Source of the DNA: Candidatus Methanoperedenaceae archaeon
Lineage (GTDB): Archaea > Halobacteriota > Methanosarcinia > Methanosarcinales > Methanoperedenaceae
DNA length: 64,000 nucleotides
Assembly (NCBI GenBank): GCA_963753595.1
Contig: CAVWCX010000037.1
Span: forward strand, 18,089-82,088
Direction of reading: 5' to 3'
A program made the position numbers and the translations under genes. Every line of letters begins with the position of its first letter. Within the stretch, counting starts at the first letter, position 1. Shown here in pieces: positions 9,124-18,877 of this stretch. A model generated the notes under the pieces. It was not told the origin of the DNA. It ran no database searches and saw only the letters and a list, made by a program, of their open reading frames with translations.

Positions 9124-10155
9124 TTATATTATTATTATCTTTCCCGCAATATCCTTGCATGCAGCCATGAACCGGGCAGGATCTACAGAAGGGAATGTGT
9201 CTATCAGACAAATATCGGCTCCCTTAACTGCCATTTCAAGTTTTCGTATGTCCCCGTGATAAACCAAGACTTCTGATCTCCCTTCTGCTTTTGCAAGTAG
9301 CACGGGCTCATCTGCGATCAGTTTATCATAATCTGCTTTTTCAAAATTAATTTTAAGCCCCAGGAGACTTGAGTTCAATTTGAGATTCAAAATGGTGTTC
9401 TTAAGTGCAGGAAGCCAGGCATCGTTGAGAATTACCTTCTTAGCACCTGCAAGAACGCATAAAAGCCCGAGCGTACCCGGACCGCAAAAACCATCAACCA
9501 CTGTGGCGTTTTCCAGTTCCCCCTTAAGATAAAGTTCCTCCATTTTTGTTATTTTTGTGTTATTGAACTCTATGTGGATCAGTGACTGGTTCTTATAAAT
9601 ACACAATTCCCCGAACAATGATGAGACAATATCACATCGCATATCACATCCCGAAAGCAATTCATATGTATGCGGGGAGCTGTTGGTATCAAGGATACCA
9701 ATGCTCTGTGATTGCGTACCCTTTCTTTTAATAACTCCTTTAACTTCCGGTACTTTTTCGACAATTTCTATCGCAATGTCTTTTGTCACAGAATCCATTA
9801 TAAGAATAAGATTTTTTTCCCTGAGCCTTGGAGGATATGGTATTTGATATCCAAAAGAGATAAGCGGTGTTCCTACTTCACGAAGGGCGGCATCTTCAGG
9901 GAATAATCCTTTTTCCTTCAATATCGTAAGAACATTCCAGATGACAAGATCCAGGTGCCTCTTTCTGCAATTATTACACTGGCCGGAATTTTTATCGATT
10001 TTTCCTGATATTGGAGCATTCTTATCTAACATGGGATCGGGAGGGCACAGGCCGCACGCCATGTACATCCCCAATATCTCATCCAGTACTTTCTCTGCGG
10101 GAAGAATGCAATCACCGTTGCATGTGGGGCATTTCATAAGATTATCTGGATGCAA
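9124..10155 (-). CDS. Putative SAM-dependent methyltransferase with Cys-rich N-terminus
   Basis: VVDGFCGPGTLGL motif I; three CxxC pairs at the N-terminus. Confidence 0.65.
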   Translation of the reverse strand: MHPDNLMKCPTCNGDCILPAEKVLDEILGMYMACGLCPPDPMLDKNAPISGKIDKNSGQCNNCRKRHLDLVIWNVLTILKEKGLFPEDAALREVGTPLISFGYQIPYPPRLREKNLILIMDSVTKDIAIEIVEKVPEVKGVIKRKGTQSQSIGILDTNSSPHTYELLSGCDMRCDIVSSLFGELCIYKNQSLIHIEFNNTKITKMEELYLKGELENATVVDGFCGPGTLGLLCVLAGAKKVILNDAWLPALKNTILNLKLNSSLLGLKINFEKADYDKLIADEPVLLAKAEGRSEVLVYHGDIRKLEMAVKGADICLIDTFPSVDPARFMAACKDIAGKIIII

Positions 10156-10507
10156 TTTCTTTGGTTTGTGATTTCTCAGGGATGCATGATCTCAGGACCA
10201 CGTGCCAGTTATAAGCAAATAATACAAGGGTCATCATTCCAAACATATCGAGGAATTCAAAAAATACCATTGTGCCGGGTATATTCAATCCTTCAAAAAA
10301 TTCATGCGCCATGAAAAACGTACTGAATAAGAATACATATATACAATTTTTCTTAAAAAAAGATTCGTTGATAATTGATTTGAAAATCTGCTCGTTCTTT
10401 TCAACATCCTTCCATAAGAACCATATCTGAGCCACCAAAAATACAAAAATTAAATATAATGAAAATGTAAAAAATTCAACATATTTATATAAAGTAAAAT
10501 CATTCAT
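10142..10507 (-). CDS. Hypothetical membrane protein (about 3 TM)
   Basis: Hydrophobic segments; overlaps the downstream ORF. Confidence 0.6.
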   Translation of the reverse strand: MNDFTLYKYVEFFTFSLYLIFVFLVAQIWFLWKDVEKNEQIFKSIINESFFKKNCIYVFLFSTFFMAHEFFEGLNIPGTMVFFEFLDMFGMMTLVLFAYNWHVVLRSCIPEKSQTKEIASR

Positions 10508-10612
10508 ATTTGTAACGTCCTGTCTTGCACATGATAAATATTATATGATAAACATTTCGGTGAACTTGCGTCATAATTTAATAAAGAAAAATCTATTTTT
10601 AAGCAACTAGAA

Positions 10613-11743
10613 TCAAGTGCCCTGAATGCACTCGCCAAGATCGGAAATGAACATCTCAATAGTATTCTCGTTAAGGTGCGGCATTATTATCAATCTCATG
10701 GCCTTTGGGTTTCGTGTTATTGAAGTAACCCAGCCTTTCTTGTGCATTTTTTTCCTTACTTCATCAAGATCAGGCACATCAAGCGCTACGATGTTAATTG
10801 CAGGCTCGATCAGTGGTTCAATTCCCAGGTCACAGGCGCCCTCCACAAGCCTGCCAGTCATTTTCATACACCTTTTCACGATTTTTTTGTATCCTTCTAT
10901 TCCAAGATGCATCATAACGGCATAAGCGGCCGCAACTGCCGCGCCGCTTCGTGTGCCAACCAGGGAATGCTGCTTCCTGATCGTCAGGTAGGGTGTATCG
11001 ATCTCCAGTGGAAGAAGACAGGCATCTTCCCTGAACAGGAGCCCTCCTGCCGGAATAGTGGACATGCCCATTTTATGGGGATCGGCTGTTATTGATGTAA
11101 CTCCTTTCACTGAAAAATCAAAATCATATTTTTTATCAAGAAAAGGTATGACATATCCTCCAAAAGCTGCATCTACATGCAAGAACAGGTTATTTGACAA
11201 TGCAAGTTTGGCCAATCTGTCTATCGGATCGATCTGGCCAAATTCCGTTGAGCCTGCAATACCAACAAGCACAATGGTGTTATCATCGATAAGATCTGCA
11301 ACAGAGTTTATATCCACCTTGAATTCCGTGTCAAGCGAGGCTTTTCTTATCTCTATGCCAAGGAGATCTGCTATCTTATCAAAAGAGAAATGGGCAGAAG
11401 TTGGAACGATCATGTTCGGACGCTTCTTTTTGCTCATGTTCCTGGCAGTCCTTAACGCCTGGATATTGGATTCCGTGCCTCCTGTCGTAATGTAACCGCA
11501 TGCATTATCATCACCCAGCATCCCCCCCATCATCTTTATTACTTTTTCTTCAAGTTCCTTTGTCCCCTGGAACAGGCCAAAATCTCCCATATTTGACTCG
11601 ATGAATTGCATATGGGCTTTTAGAGCTATGGGGTGGGGCCGTGTGCACATGGCACTCAGCACTTTATCATAGGAAGTGTCTTTTTGCATAGCGTTATTAA
11701 GCAGGGATAATACTTCCTTCTCAGAGTGCCCTTTCAGGTTCAT
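10613..11743 (-). CDS. mfnA: L-tyrosine/aspartate decarboxylase MfnA
   Basis: [23 protein letters not shown] and DPHKMG (PLP lysine). Confidence 0.93.
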   Translation of the reverse strand: MNLKGHSEKEVLSLLNNAMQKDTSYDKVLSAMCTRPHPIALKAHMQFIESNMGDFGLFQGTKELEEKVIKMMGGMLGDDNACGYITTGGTESNIQALRTARNMSKKKRPNMIVPTSAHFSFDKIADLLGIEIRKASLDTEFKVDINSVADLIDDNTIVLVGIAGSTEFGQIDPIDRLAKLALSNNLFLHVDAAFGGYVIPFLDKKYDFDFSVKGVTSITADPHKMGMSTIPAGGLLFREDACLLPLEIDTPYLTIRKQHSLVGTRSGAAVAAAYAVMMHLGIEGYKKIVKRCMKMTGRLVEGACDLGIEPLIEPAINIVALDVPDLDEVRKKMHKKGWVTSITRNPKAMRLIIMPHLNENTIEMFISDLGECIQGT

Positions 11744-11873
11744 GTGCTAACTCAAGAATACATGTTAATAAAGATTATTCTTTTATCGAACACTTTATTA
11801 TTGGCAAAATTAAAATAGATGATTTTAGTATTAAGAACAACAGGGAAAAGTATCAGGGATAGCTTATATCTAT

Positions 11874-12428
11874 TTAGTTTTCAAATTTTTCTAAGGTTTC
11901 GGTTGGGTGCATCGCTGCGACTATTGGATGCATATCTATGTACATTTTTGGGAAATCAGATTTTTTATACTTTTCCACAATCTTAAAATGTAGTTTTTTA
12001 TAAAAATCCATCGATTCCGTTTTTGAGTCCACCGTAAGATATCGACAACCAATTATTTCAGAAACCGAAACGGCAACTCCTATTGCGGCCAAAACCAAGA
12101 ATGTCCCTACATCTCTTCGTTCAAATTCTCCTTCAACTGCCAATCGTGCAATCTTTATACTTGGATATTTGCGGTAAGGGAAACCTTTTACTCCATCATC
12201 GTTATCTATTGCTTCAACCTCGATTGTATCTGTAAGGATAGAGAAAAAACCAACCATCTTTTCTTTCCAATAACATAAGTAGGTTTTTGTAATCATGACT
12301 TCCTGGTCATTTAACCCATCAGTTTTCAAATAATCGTTTAGGTCATCACTTTTGCAGTTAAAAGAATTGAGTTCGTGTCTATTTGTTAAAGACTCTATAT
12401 GGAGATCCTTATGAGGAATTTTCTCCAT
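11874..12428 (-). CDS. GNAT acetyltransferase, TacT/AtaT-like toxin
   Basis: FNCKSDDLNDYLK, PSIKIARLAV, GCRYLTVDSK, FYKKLHF. Confidence 0.82.
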   Translation of the reverse strand: MEKIPHKDLHIESLTNRHELNSFNCKSDDLNDYLKTDGLNDQEVMITKTYLCYWKEKMVGFFSILTDTIEVEAIDNDDGVKGFPYRKYPSIKIARLAVEGEFERRDVGTFLVLAAIGVAVSVSEIIGCRYLTVDSKTESMDFYKKLHFKIVEKYKKSDFPKMYIDMHPIVAAMHPTETLEKFEN

Positions 12429-12435
12429 TTGATCT

Positions 12436-12583
12436 TTAATCTCTAAACTGGGTCTTAAAGATTCGTTTTGCCTCTTTAAACATCAAAATTTGTTCTTTGG
12501 TGACATTTGGATTTTTTCTATCTTCCAAAACTCTTTACATCTTCCCCTTTCAATACTAAACCCAGTTCAATTGGTTTGGCCAT
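12436..12583 (-). pseudogene. Small antitoxin-like gene, frameshifted copy
   Basis: Adding two bases gives MAKPIELGLVLKGEDAKEFWEDRKNPNVTKEQILMFKEAKRIFKTQFRD, ending 7 nt before the GNAT start. Confidence 0.6.
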
Positions 12584-12831
12584 GATTTGACACCTTCTTT
12601 TTTACCTATAACAACATTATGTATCATCATCATATAAATCTATCTAAATTGAATTATGATCATGTTATATATCCATTTTCATCCAAAACTCTTTAGCATC
12701 TTCCCCTTTCAATACTAAACCCAGTTCAATTGGTTTGGCCATGATTTGACACCTTCTTTTTTACCTATAACAACATTATGTATCATCATCATATAAATCT
12801 ATCTAAATTGAATTATGATGATGTTATATAT
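12524..12831. repeat. Near-perfect tandem duplication of about 150 bp (12524-12672 and 12682-12831)
   Basis: Copies differ by one indel and one substitution; unit covers promoter plus 5' part of the antitoxin-like gene. Confidence 0.93.
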
Positions 12832-12937
12832 GTTTAAATAAAGCGTTAATACCGATTCGAAAGGGCTGATTAAAAAGAGAATTAAGTGTTCATATTTCCC
12901 GTACACATGTTAATAAAGGGTTCGGATTTTTTTATCT

Positions 12938-13585
12938 TCAATTGTCCTCAATAAACTCATAGAACTTATCCCAGTCAAGTACAGTTGAGACACACCCTGC
13001 CTTTTCAAGAACAAGACCCACCCCAAAAAGGTCGATTTTCTCGCACATCTCAAGCCCGGCTTTTATTTCGGTCATGCACCCTACCCCTAGTATTGCCTCT
13101 GGCTTGTGTTTTCGAATAAGCCGTCTTATAAAGCTTGAACCAGGGACGATATATACCTTATAACCAAGCTTTTCTGCGCTTTTCCTGGCCTTTCCTATCT
13201 CACATGCGCCGCAATCTATACACTGCATGCCTTCAGGGCTCAGTTTGGATGGGCAGGTGACCGCTCTTAAGCATTGCGGAAAAAATATCAGTCGTTTATT
13301 GACCGGCGTTTCCCTGAATTTTCGCAGGGAGATCTTGTTCTTAAGAGTTATACCCACATCATCAACAATAGAATCATCCATCTTGATAAGCCTGAATAAA
13401 GCCTTGACCAGGTTTTCAAGAAGAGTAATAGAGAAAAGCATAAATCCCGGGAAAATGAACTTCTCTGTCTTGAAGGAATAACCGATAAGTAATGAACCCA
13501 GGATCGCAATAATCAATAAGAAAAACACAAAATATACTACAGCTTCACCGATTATTGTGAATAAAGGTTCAATTTCTATTGCCAT
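12938..13585 (-). CDS. DUF116 family protein
   Basis: FFPQCLR..CP, CIDCGACEIG, IVPGSSF, AILGVGC. Confidence 0.88.
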   Translation of the reverse strand: MAIEIEPLFTIIGEAVVYFVFFLLIIAILGSLLIGYSFKTEKFIFPGFMLFSITLLENLVKALFRLIKMDDSIVDDVGITLKNKISLRKFRETPVNKRLIFFPQCLRAVTCPSKLSPEGMQCIDCGACEIGKARKSAEKLGYKVYIVPGSSFIRRLIRKHKPEAILGVGCMTEIKAGLEMCEKIDLFGVGLVLEKAGCVSTVLDWDKFYEFIEDN

Positions 13586-13636
13586 TTATATATAGTATGA
13601 ATATTTTCGTCGGCTTAAGGTTATCTGAAGGATCAG

Positions 13637-14620
13637 TCAAATTTCAAGAATAGTATTTATTTCCTCAAGCGCTTTTGCATAAACGCCATTTTTCCTCAAG
13701 TGTGCAGCAAGCTTAAGGGGACGGATGCCTCCGGGATGGTATGTGATGACTGCTGACGGTGCGCACTGCTTTGTCATGCCGATAAGACCGTTCACATCCA
13801 TGTGGTCGCTTATATTGATAGTAGGAAATTTGAAATCCTTTCGTCCTGTAAGTATGAATTTCCTTGCGCATGTGAGCCCTGGTATTTCAGCCGGTGTGGT
13901 TATTTTAATCTGGCAATCGCTATCAAGACCAACAAGCTGCCCTGCATTTTTCATTAATCCGTCAGTAAGCGCATGAGATACCGGATCCATGCCGATCTCT
14001 CCCGAATAACCGGATTCACGAATGAGTCTGACTGCCCGCTGCGCCTTCCCGAAAGCATAAGCTCCAAAGGCAACATCATTGGGTGATTCTTCCAGTGATT
14101 CCCTGAATGCACCCAGGTCATCTTCAAAATGACATTTCGGATCATCCGGATCCCCATAATTTGCTTCCGTGACAAGACAATCGCAGTCTGGCAGGTCTTT
14201 TGAATCTTTGACATCCCCGGTGACCATGATCCTTGTACCCACATCATTTTTCCAGTAAAAAGCGCATGATCCTATTGTATGATGTGTAGGATACGTTTTT
14301 ACATCTACGCCGGCAATGTCAATGCTATCACCGATCTTGAATGTTCTTCCCTCATATTTTTTCCCATAAAGGATTTCAAGCGCCTGCGCTGTTTCTTGCG
14401 AACATACTGCATTCTTTGAGAGCATTGCAGATCTGCCGTGATGGTCAGAATGCGCATGAGTTATAAGATATGCGTCAGGCTGCTGGGAACGGGAATTAGT
14501 AGTATCCACGGCAAAAGTCAACCGTTTCCCTGCATTGAAAACAAGTGAAATATGAGGTTTGAATCCCTTACCTGTCCTATGTCTGATCGGCAGCACACCA
14601 AGATCAAATAAAGGTTTCAA
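13637..14620 (-). CDS. MBL-fold metallo-hydrolase (putative beta-CASP-like nuclease)
   Basis: THAHSDH, HTIGS, TGD, TEANYG, GKAQR, SDH. Confidence 0.85.
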   Translation of the reverse strand: MKPLFDLGVLPIRHRTGKGFKPHISLVFNAGKRLTFAVDTTNSRSQQPDAYLITHAHSDHHGRSAMLSKNAVCSQETAQALEILYGKKYEGRTFKIGDSIDIAGVDVKTYPTHHTIGSCAFYWKNDVGTRIMVTGDVKDSKDLPDCDCLVTEANYGDPDDPKCHFEDDLGAFRESLEESPNDVAFGAYAFGKAQRAVRLIRESGYSGEIGMDPVSHALTDGLMKNAGQLVGLDSDCQIKITTPAEIPGLTCARKFILTGRKDFKFPTINISDHMDVNGLIGMTKQCAPSAVITYHPGGIRPLKLAAHLRKNGVYAKALEEINTILEI

Positions 14621-14630
14621 TCAAACCACG

Positions 14631-14903
14631 TTATTTTAAGGCTGCGTTTAAATCCGCTTCAAGGACATTCGCGCGGGTTACACCGGTATATCGCTTGAAT
14701 ACTGCGCCATCTTTTTCAATTACCAATGTTGGAATAGCATGTACCGTGAATTTAGCGGCCATTTCATTATTGTTGTCAACGTCAATTTTCTTGAATTCCA
14801 CTGTATCCCCGAATTTTTTCTTAAGCTCTTCGATGATCGGATCCTGCATCTTGCAGGGACCGCACCATTCTGCAAAAAAATCCATTAGAACAACTTTACT
14901 CAT
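14631..14903 (-). CDS. trxA: Thioredoxin
   Basis: WCGPC active site. Confidence 0.95.
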   Translation of the reverse strand: MSKVVLMDFFAEWCGPCKMQDPIIEELKKKFGDTVEFKKIDVDNNNEMAAKFTVHAIPTLVIEKDGAVFKRYTGVTRANVLEADLNAALK

Positions 14904-14988
14904 TTGATTTCCTCCTTTGGCAGCAGATCTTGCACGTTTTGCATTTGTCTTTAATTGGCGTTTTTTTCTCAGTTTTTTTATCTGACAT
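14896..14988 (-). CDS. Candidate 30-aa Cys/Lys-rich microprotein
   Basis: MSDKKTEKKTPIKDKCKTCKICCQRRKSNE; AGGT SD; stop overlaps the trx start. Confidence 0.45.
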   Translation of the reverse strand: MSDKKTEKKTPIKDKCKTCKICCQRRKSNE

Positions 14989-15060
14989 ATATTCTACCTG
15001 CTACGATACCTAATAATACACCTATGATTTAAAATTGTTGCCCATTTTTTTGGTGTTTGA

Positions 15061-15534
15061 TTATAAAGCCTTATTCTGGTTCCAGATAACTTGTATTATT
15101 TCTTCAATATCCGGCAGCTGCGAAATTGGATAAACCTTCACAAATACCACCATTCCGTTTTCATCAATAATGATATTCGCCCGTTCGGAAAATCCCTCTT
15201 TTTCCCTGAATATCCCATATAGACCAGCAACTTGTCCATGAGGCCAGAAATCCGAAAGAAGCATGGTATTTTTTATCCCAAGTTCTTTTGCCCACGCTTT
15301 TTTTGACGGGACAGTATCCACGCTTATACCCAATGCTATTGTATTTAATTTCTCAAATCTTTCCCGATTTTTTTCAAGCGATTTCATCTGTTCGGCACAG
15401 ACCTTTGTCCATGCTTGCGGATGGAAAGATAACAGTACTCTTTTTCCTTTGAGGGATGATAGACGGACTTCTTTTCTATCCTGGTCACTCAGATCAAAAT
15501 CTTTCGCTTTATCACCAATTTTCACTATGCTCAT
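15061..15534 (-). CDS. Peroxiredoxin (AhpE-like)
   Basis: FHPQAWTKVC (PxxxTxxC), LLSDFWPHG, ERANIIID. Confidence 0.9.
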   Translation of the reverse strand: MSIVKIGDKAKDFDLSDQDRKEVRLSSLKGKRVLLSFHPQAWTKVCAEQMKSLEKNRERFEKLNTIALGISVDTVPSKKAWAKELGIKNTMLLSDFWPHGQVAGLYGIFREKEGFSERANIIIDENGMVVFVKVYPISQLPDIEEIIQVIWNQNKAL

Positions 15535-15684
15535 TCTTTATACTCCCTGATATTTTAAAATTATACGCTCCAACAGCAATTAGTAGTATCCAGTCTTCTG
15601 ATAATAACTCTTGTCATTATCATCAGACAGATTTAAATAGTAAATTTGCATATTATATACAGGTCATAATATACAGGTGGAAAG

Positions 15685-16038
15685 ATGAGACTGAGTAAAA
15701 ATAATTTGTTAATAATAGGAATTATTCCTATAGTTATTGCTTTGATAATATTTTATAACTTTATAGTAGCTATTAATATTCTACAGCCTGGCGGAAAGAC
15801 AGCAGCTATGGTATATTACCAGTTGCTTGGAATTTCAGCTGCAATGCTTGTGGGTTCTATCGTTTACTGGGGAATACTTGTTTATTACATTTATTTGATA
15901 CAGGAAAACGAAGTTTTCATACAGGATAATTTCACACAGCTGGCAGGAAGCGGCACAGCTCACCTTCAAAATGCCAAAACGCTGATTTCACAGGTGCTGA
16001 AAGAAATAAAATCTACTGAATTAAAACCCCAACAGTAG
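15685..16038 (+). CDS. Hypothetical membrane protein
   Basis: Two hydrophobic segments, GGTGG SD. Confidence 0.55.
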   Translation: MRLSKNNLLIIGIIPIVIALIIFYNFIVAINILQPGGKTAAMVYYQLLGISAAMLVGSIVYWGILVYYIYLIQENEVFIQDNFTQLAGSGTAHLQNAKTLISQVLKEIKSTELKPQQ

Positions 16039-16083
16039 ATTTATTAATTTTTTATTATAGTTCTATTTTTATTATTTTTAATT

Positions 16084-17229
16084 TTATTTCAATATATTAC
16101 TTGCAGCTTCTACGGCCGGTCCCATTTTTTTGACCACATCATTCCTGTGAAGGACAATTTCCACTGCCTGGACCGTGCTTAAAATATCCAGCTTGCTAAT
16201 ATTTCCCATGCTCCCTATCCTGAAGATCTTGCCTTCAAGAGCGCCCTGGCCGCCTGAAACCTGGATTCCGATCTCCTTTATCCCATTTCGCAGTTTCTTA
16301 TCATCAATACCTGTGGGTATTTTCATCGCCGTCACAGTATTTGAATATTGGCTGTATTTGTTCAACTGTGGGAACATTTCGATATTCATGGCACTTGCAG
16401 CTGCACGGAGTGCTTCTGCAAATTTTGCATGTCTCTTGATCCGGGCTTCAAGTCCTTCTTCCTTTACGATGCGAAGCGCTTCGTGCAACGCAAAAAACAG
16501 GGACACTGCAGGAGTATAAGGTGTCTGGGCTGTATCTTTATTTGCCGATTTCTTATAAGCTTTAAGATCCATGTAATAAGGGGGTTTATCCACCATGGAT
16601 TCCCAGGCTTTCTTGCTCACGGATATTGCAGATAATCCCGGAGGTGCGCCTATGCACTTCTGGGAGCCTACGACAGCAATATCAACACCCCATTTATCAA
16701 CAAGTACTTCATCCCCGCCGATCGTGGTCACGCCATCCATGATAAACACGGCGCCATATTTTTTTGCAAGGTCGCCTATTTCTTTTGCAGGATTCTTTAT
16801 CCCAACGGATGTGTCGTTATGAACAAGAGTTATTGCTTTTGCTCCTTCTGCCAGTGCACTTTCAACCATGTCAAGTTCAATGGATTCACCTTTTGTCCAG
16901 TCAAATTTAACCGCCCTGACTTTACCGTATCGTTCCCCGATCTCCCTGAATCGTTCTCCGAATTTCCCGTTCTCAATAGTAATAAGAGTATCTTTTTCCC
17001 CTATGACATTGCTGACCGCAGCTTCCATTGCACAGCTTCCCGATCCGCTGATTATATACATATCGTTTTTTGTACCGAAAAGCTCCTGGAGCGTTGTTCG
17101 GCATTCACTGTACATGTCCCCGAATTCCTTGCCGCGATGCCCGATTATGGGTCTGGACATGGCTCTTAATATCCTTGGCACCACGGGCACAGGGCCCGGT
17201 ATCATCAATAAATTATTTTCAAGATTCAT
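16084..17229 (-). CDS. Class V aminotransferase (alanine-glyoxylate / phosphoserine aminotransferase-like)
   Basis: LLMIPGPVPV, GSQKCIGAPPG, TPYTP, FRIGSMG; AGGAG SD before ATG 17229. Confidence 0.9.
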   Translation of the reverse strand: MNLENNLLMIPGPVPVVPRILRAMSRPIIGHRGKEFGDMYSECRTTLQELFGTKNDMYIISGSGSCAMEAAVSNVIGEKDTLITIENGKFGERFREIGERYGKVRAVKFDWTKGESIELDMVESALAEGAKAITLVHNDTSVGIKNPAKEIGDLAKKYGAVFIMDGVTTIGGDEVLVDKWGVDIAVVGSQKCIGAPPGLSAISVSKKAWESMVDKPPYYMDLKAYKKSANKDTAQTPYTPAVSLFFALHEALRIVKEEGLEARIKRHAKFAEALRAAASAMNIEMFPQLNKYSQYSNTVTAMKIPTGIDDKKLRNGIKEIGIQVSGGQGALEGKIFRIGSMGNISKLDILSTVQAVEIVLHRNDVVKKMGPAVEAASNILK

Positions 17230-17323
17230 AAGATTTCTCCTGATTTTTTTCCTATACAACTAACTTGCATGTATATCTTTTGCAGTAATAAGGCGATTTA
17301 GATTTAGAAATCATGGGTTTAAA

Positions 17324-18865
17324 CCGTAACTCTCCCTTTTTTACGTAATACTCAAATCAATCCCCAATTTTTCAATAAGTAAACGTGTCTTTTTAGGAAT
17401 CTCAGAGATCTCCCAGTCATCCCCTATCTTAACATTGAACACTCTTGATAGATGTAGAATAACATCTTTTGGTGAACATCTGCTTAAAATATCCCTGGAA
17501 AGTAGCAATCCATAAACCTTATAATAAAGAAGTAGAGCGACAAAATTCACAAACATCCATCCTTCCATTGCGGAATCATCTCTCATATAACTGCGATCTG
17601 CATTCAACACATTTTTAAATGTGTCAAAAGTAACCTCGATCTCAACACGGCTTTTCAGCAACTCGAAAATTTTCTGTGGGGACAAATCCAATCCTGTAAT
17701 TATCGATATTGTGCCAAACTTACTATCATTTTCATGAAACTCTTCTATCTTGAGCTTTCCTTCATTCACCCTTATTAAAAAATCACGTTCCTCTTCCACT
17801 TTCAAAAAGTTATCCAGGAATGTAACTATCCTTTTCCCATCTAATACACGTTCATAATGCCAAATCACTCGGTTCTCAAAAAGAAAATGACCATCAAACT
17901 GCTTTCTTCCGGCCTGTTTTAGAGGTGAGTAATCGATGAACTGACTATTCCTTTTCAGAGGTAAAATATACCTTATTTTCTTTGTTTCCAATTCTTTCGC
18001 ATTGTCTGCAGAATAGAAACCCTTGTCTCCCACCAAAATAATGTCCTTCACCTTCGATTCTTCCATGGATAAAAGCAAACTGGAAACGTCCCTTATCGAA
18101 CCGGGAACAAGTCTATAAAATATCGGCTGCATTCGATCAAGTGAAAAAAGCAAAAAAAGATTTATTTGCGGGAGGTAGTTCCTTTCTGAATTTCGACCTA
18201 AAGTAGCTGATATCACATTTTCTGAAAGAGAGAAAACATGTGTGAGATCAACCGCCATACATTCATCTTGTGCTATGTATTTTGACAGGAATTTCTTGAT
18301 AAGATCTCTTTGCTGCCCTATTGCGTGAAGTATGTTGCTAAGTGTCTTGGGAGATACTTTTGCATCGGGTATGATGTCAGATAAGTAAGAACTCTGGTAA
18401 TGATTTTGAACATTCTTTAGTGGTGATGATGAGAAAAAACGAAATGCTGCGAATGTGAATATCTCCTTCCATATATCTGGAAACACTTCTTTCAGGTTTT
18501 GGATGATATCTTTTGATTCATTAGCTATGAATCGTGATGCTCCAAACTCTTTTACACTAATATTTTTCCGTGATTCTATTGTCCTTTCATGTTTTGGTTT
18601 TATGAGTCCTTCTTCTGTTATTTTGCCAAGAAATTTTTCTGTGATCTTTTTGGCCCGTTTCTTTTCTTTGTCATATTCGCTTCTGATTTTGTAGAGATAA
18701 TAGTACTTTCCGAGTTTTCTTATTTCTGTCCCTTTTGTTTTGTGTTTCAATACCCAATCCGGATGAGTCATAATATTACGTATATACGTAATACAAATAT
18801 ATAAAGATTACGGTATGTGTTGACAGTTTTCTAAAAAATATTACACAAATTGGGCGGAGTTAAGG
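17324..18865 (-). mobile_element. IS1634-like insertion sequence
   Basis: Imperfect TIRs CCGTAACTCTCCC / CCTTAACTCCGCCC; TTTAAA duplicated at 17318-17323 and 18866-18871. Confidence 0.85.
17341..18771 (-). CDS. DDE transposase (IS1634/IS4-like)
   Basis: AVDLT, VGDKGFYS and SRVEIEVTFDTFKN catalytic segments. Confidence 0.9.
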   Translation of the reverse strand: MTHPDWVLKHKTKGTEIRKLGKYYYLYKIRSEYDKEKKRAKKITEKFLGKITEEGLIKPKHERTIESRKNISVKEFGASRFIANESKDIIQNLKEVFPDIWKEIFTFAAFRFFSSSPLKNVQNHYQSSYLSDIIPDAKVSPKTLSNILHAIGQQRDLIKKFLSKYIAQDECMAVDLTHVFSLSENVISATLGRNSERNYLPQINLFLLFSLDRMQPIFYRLVPGSIRDVSSLLLSMEESKVKDIILVGDKGFYSADNAKELETKKIRYILPLKRNSQFIDYSPLKQAGRKQFDGHFLFENRVIWHYERVLDGKRIVTFLDNFLKVEEERDFLIRVNEGKLKIEEFHENDSKFGTISIITGLDLSPQKIFELLKSRVEIEVTFDTFKNVLNADRSYMRDDSAMEGWMFVNFVALLLYYKVYGLLLSRDILSRCSPKDVILHLSRVFNVKIGDDWEISEIPKKTRLLIEKLGIDLSIT

Positions 18866-18877
18866 TTTAAAATGAGT

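Noticed and set aside
9061-9140. Degenerate GTTAGAT/ATTG repeats between convergent genes
   Set aside because: Irregular period and AT-rich; indistinguishable from low complexity
12524-12831. Repeat pair as CRISPR array or MITE
   Set aside because: Two 150-bp units containing coding and promoter sequence; no TIRs or spacers
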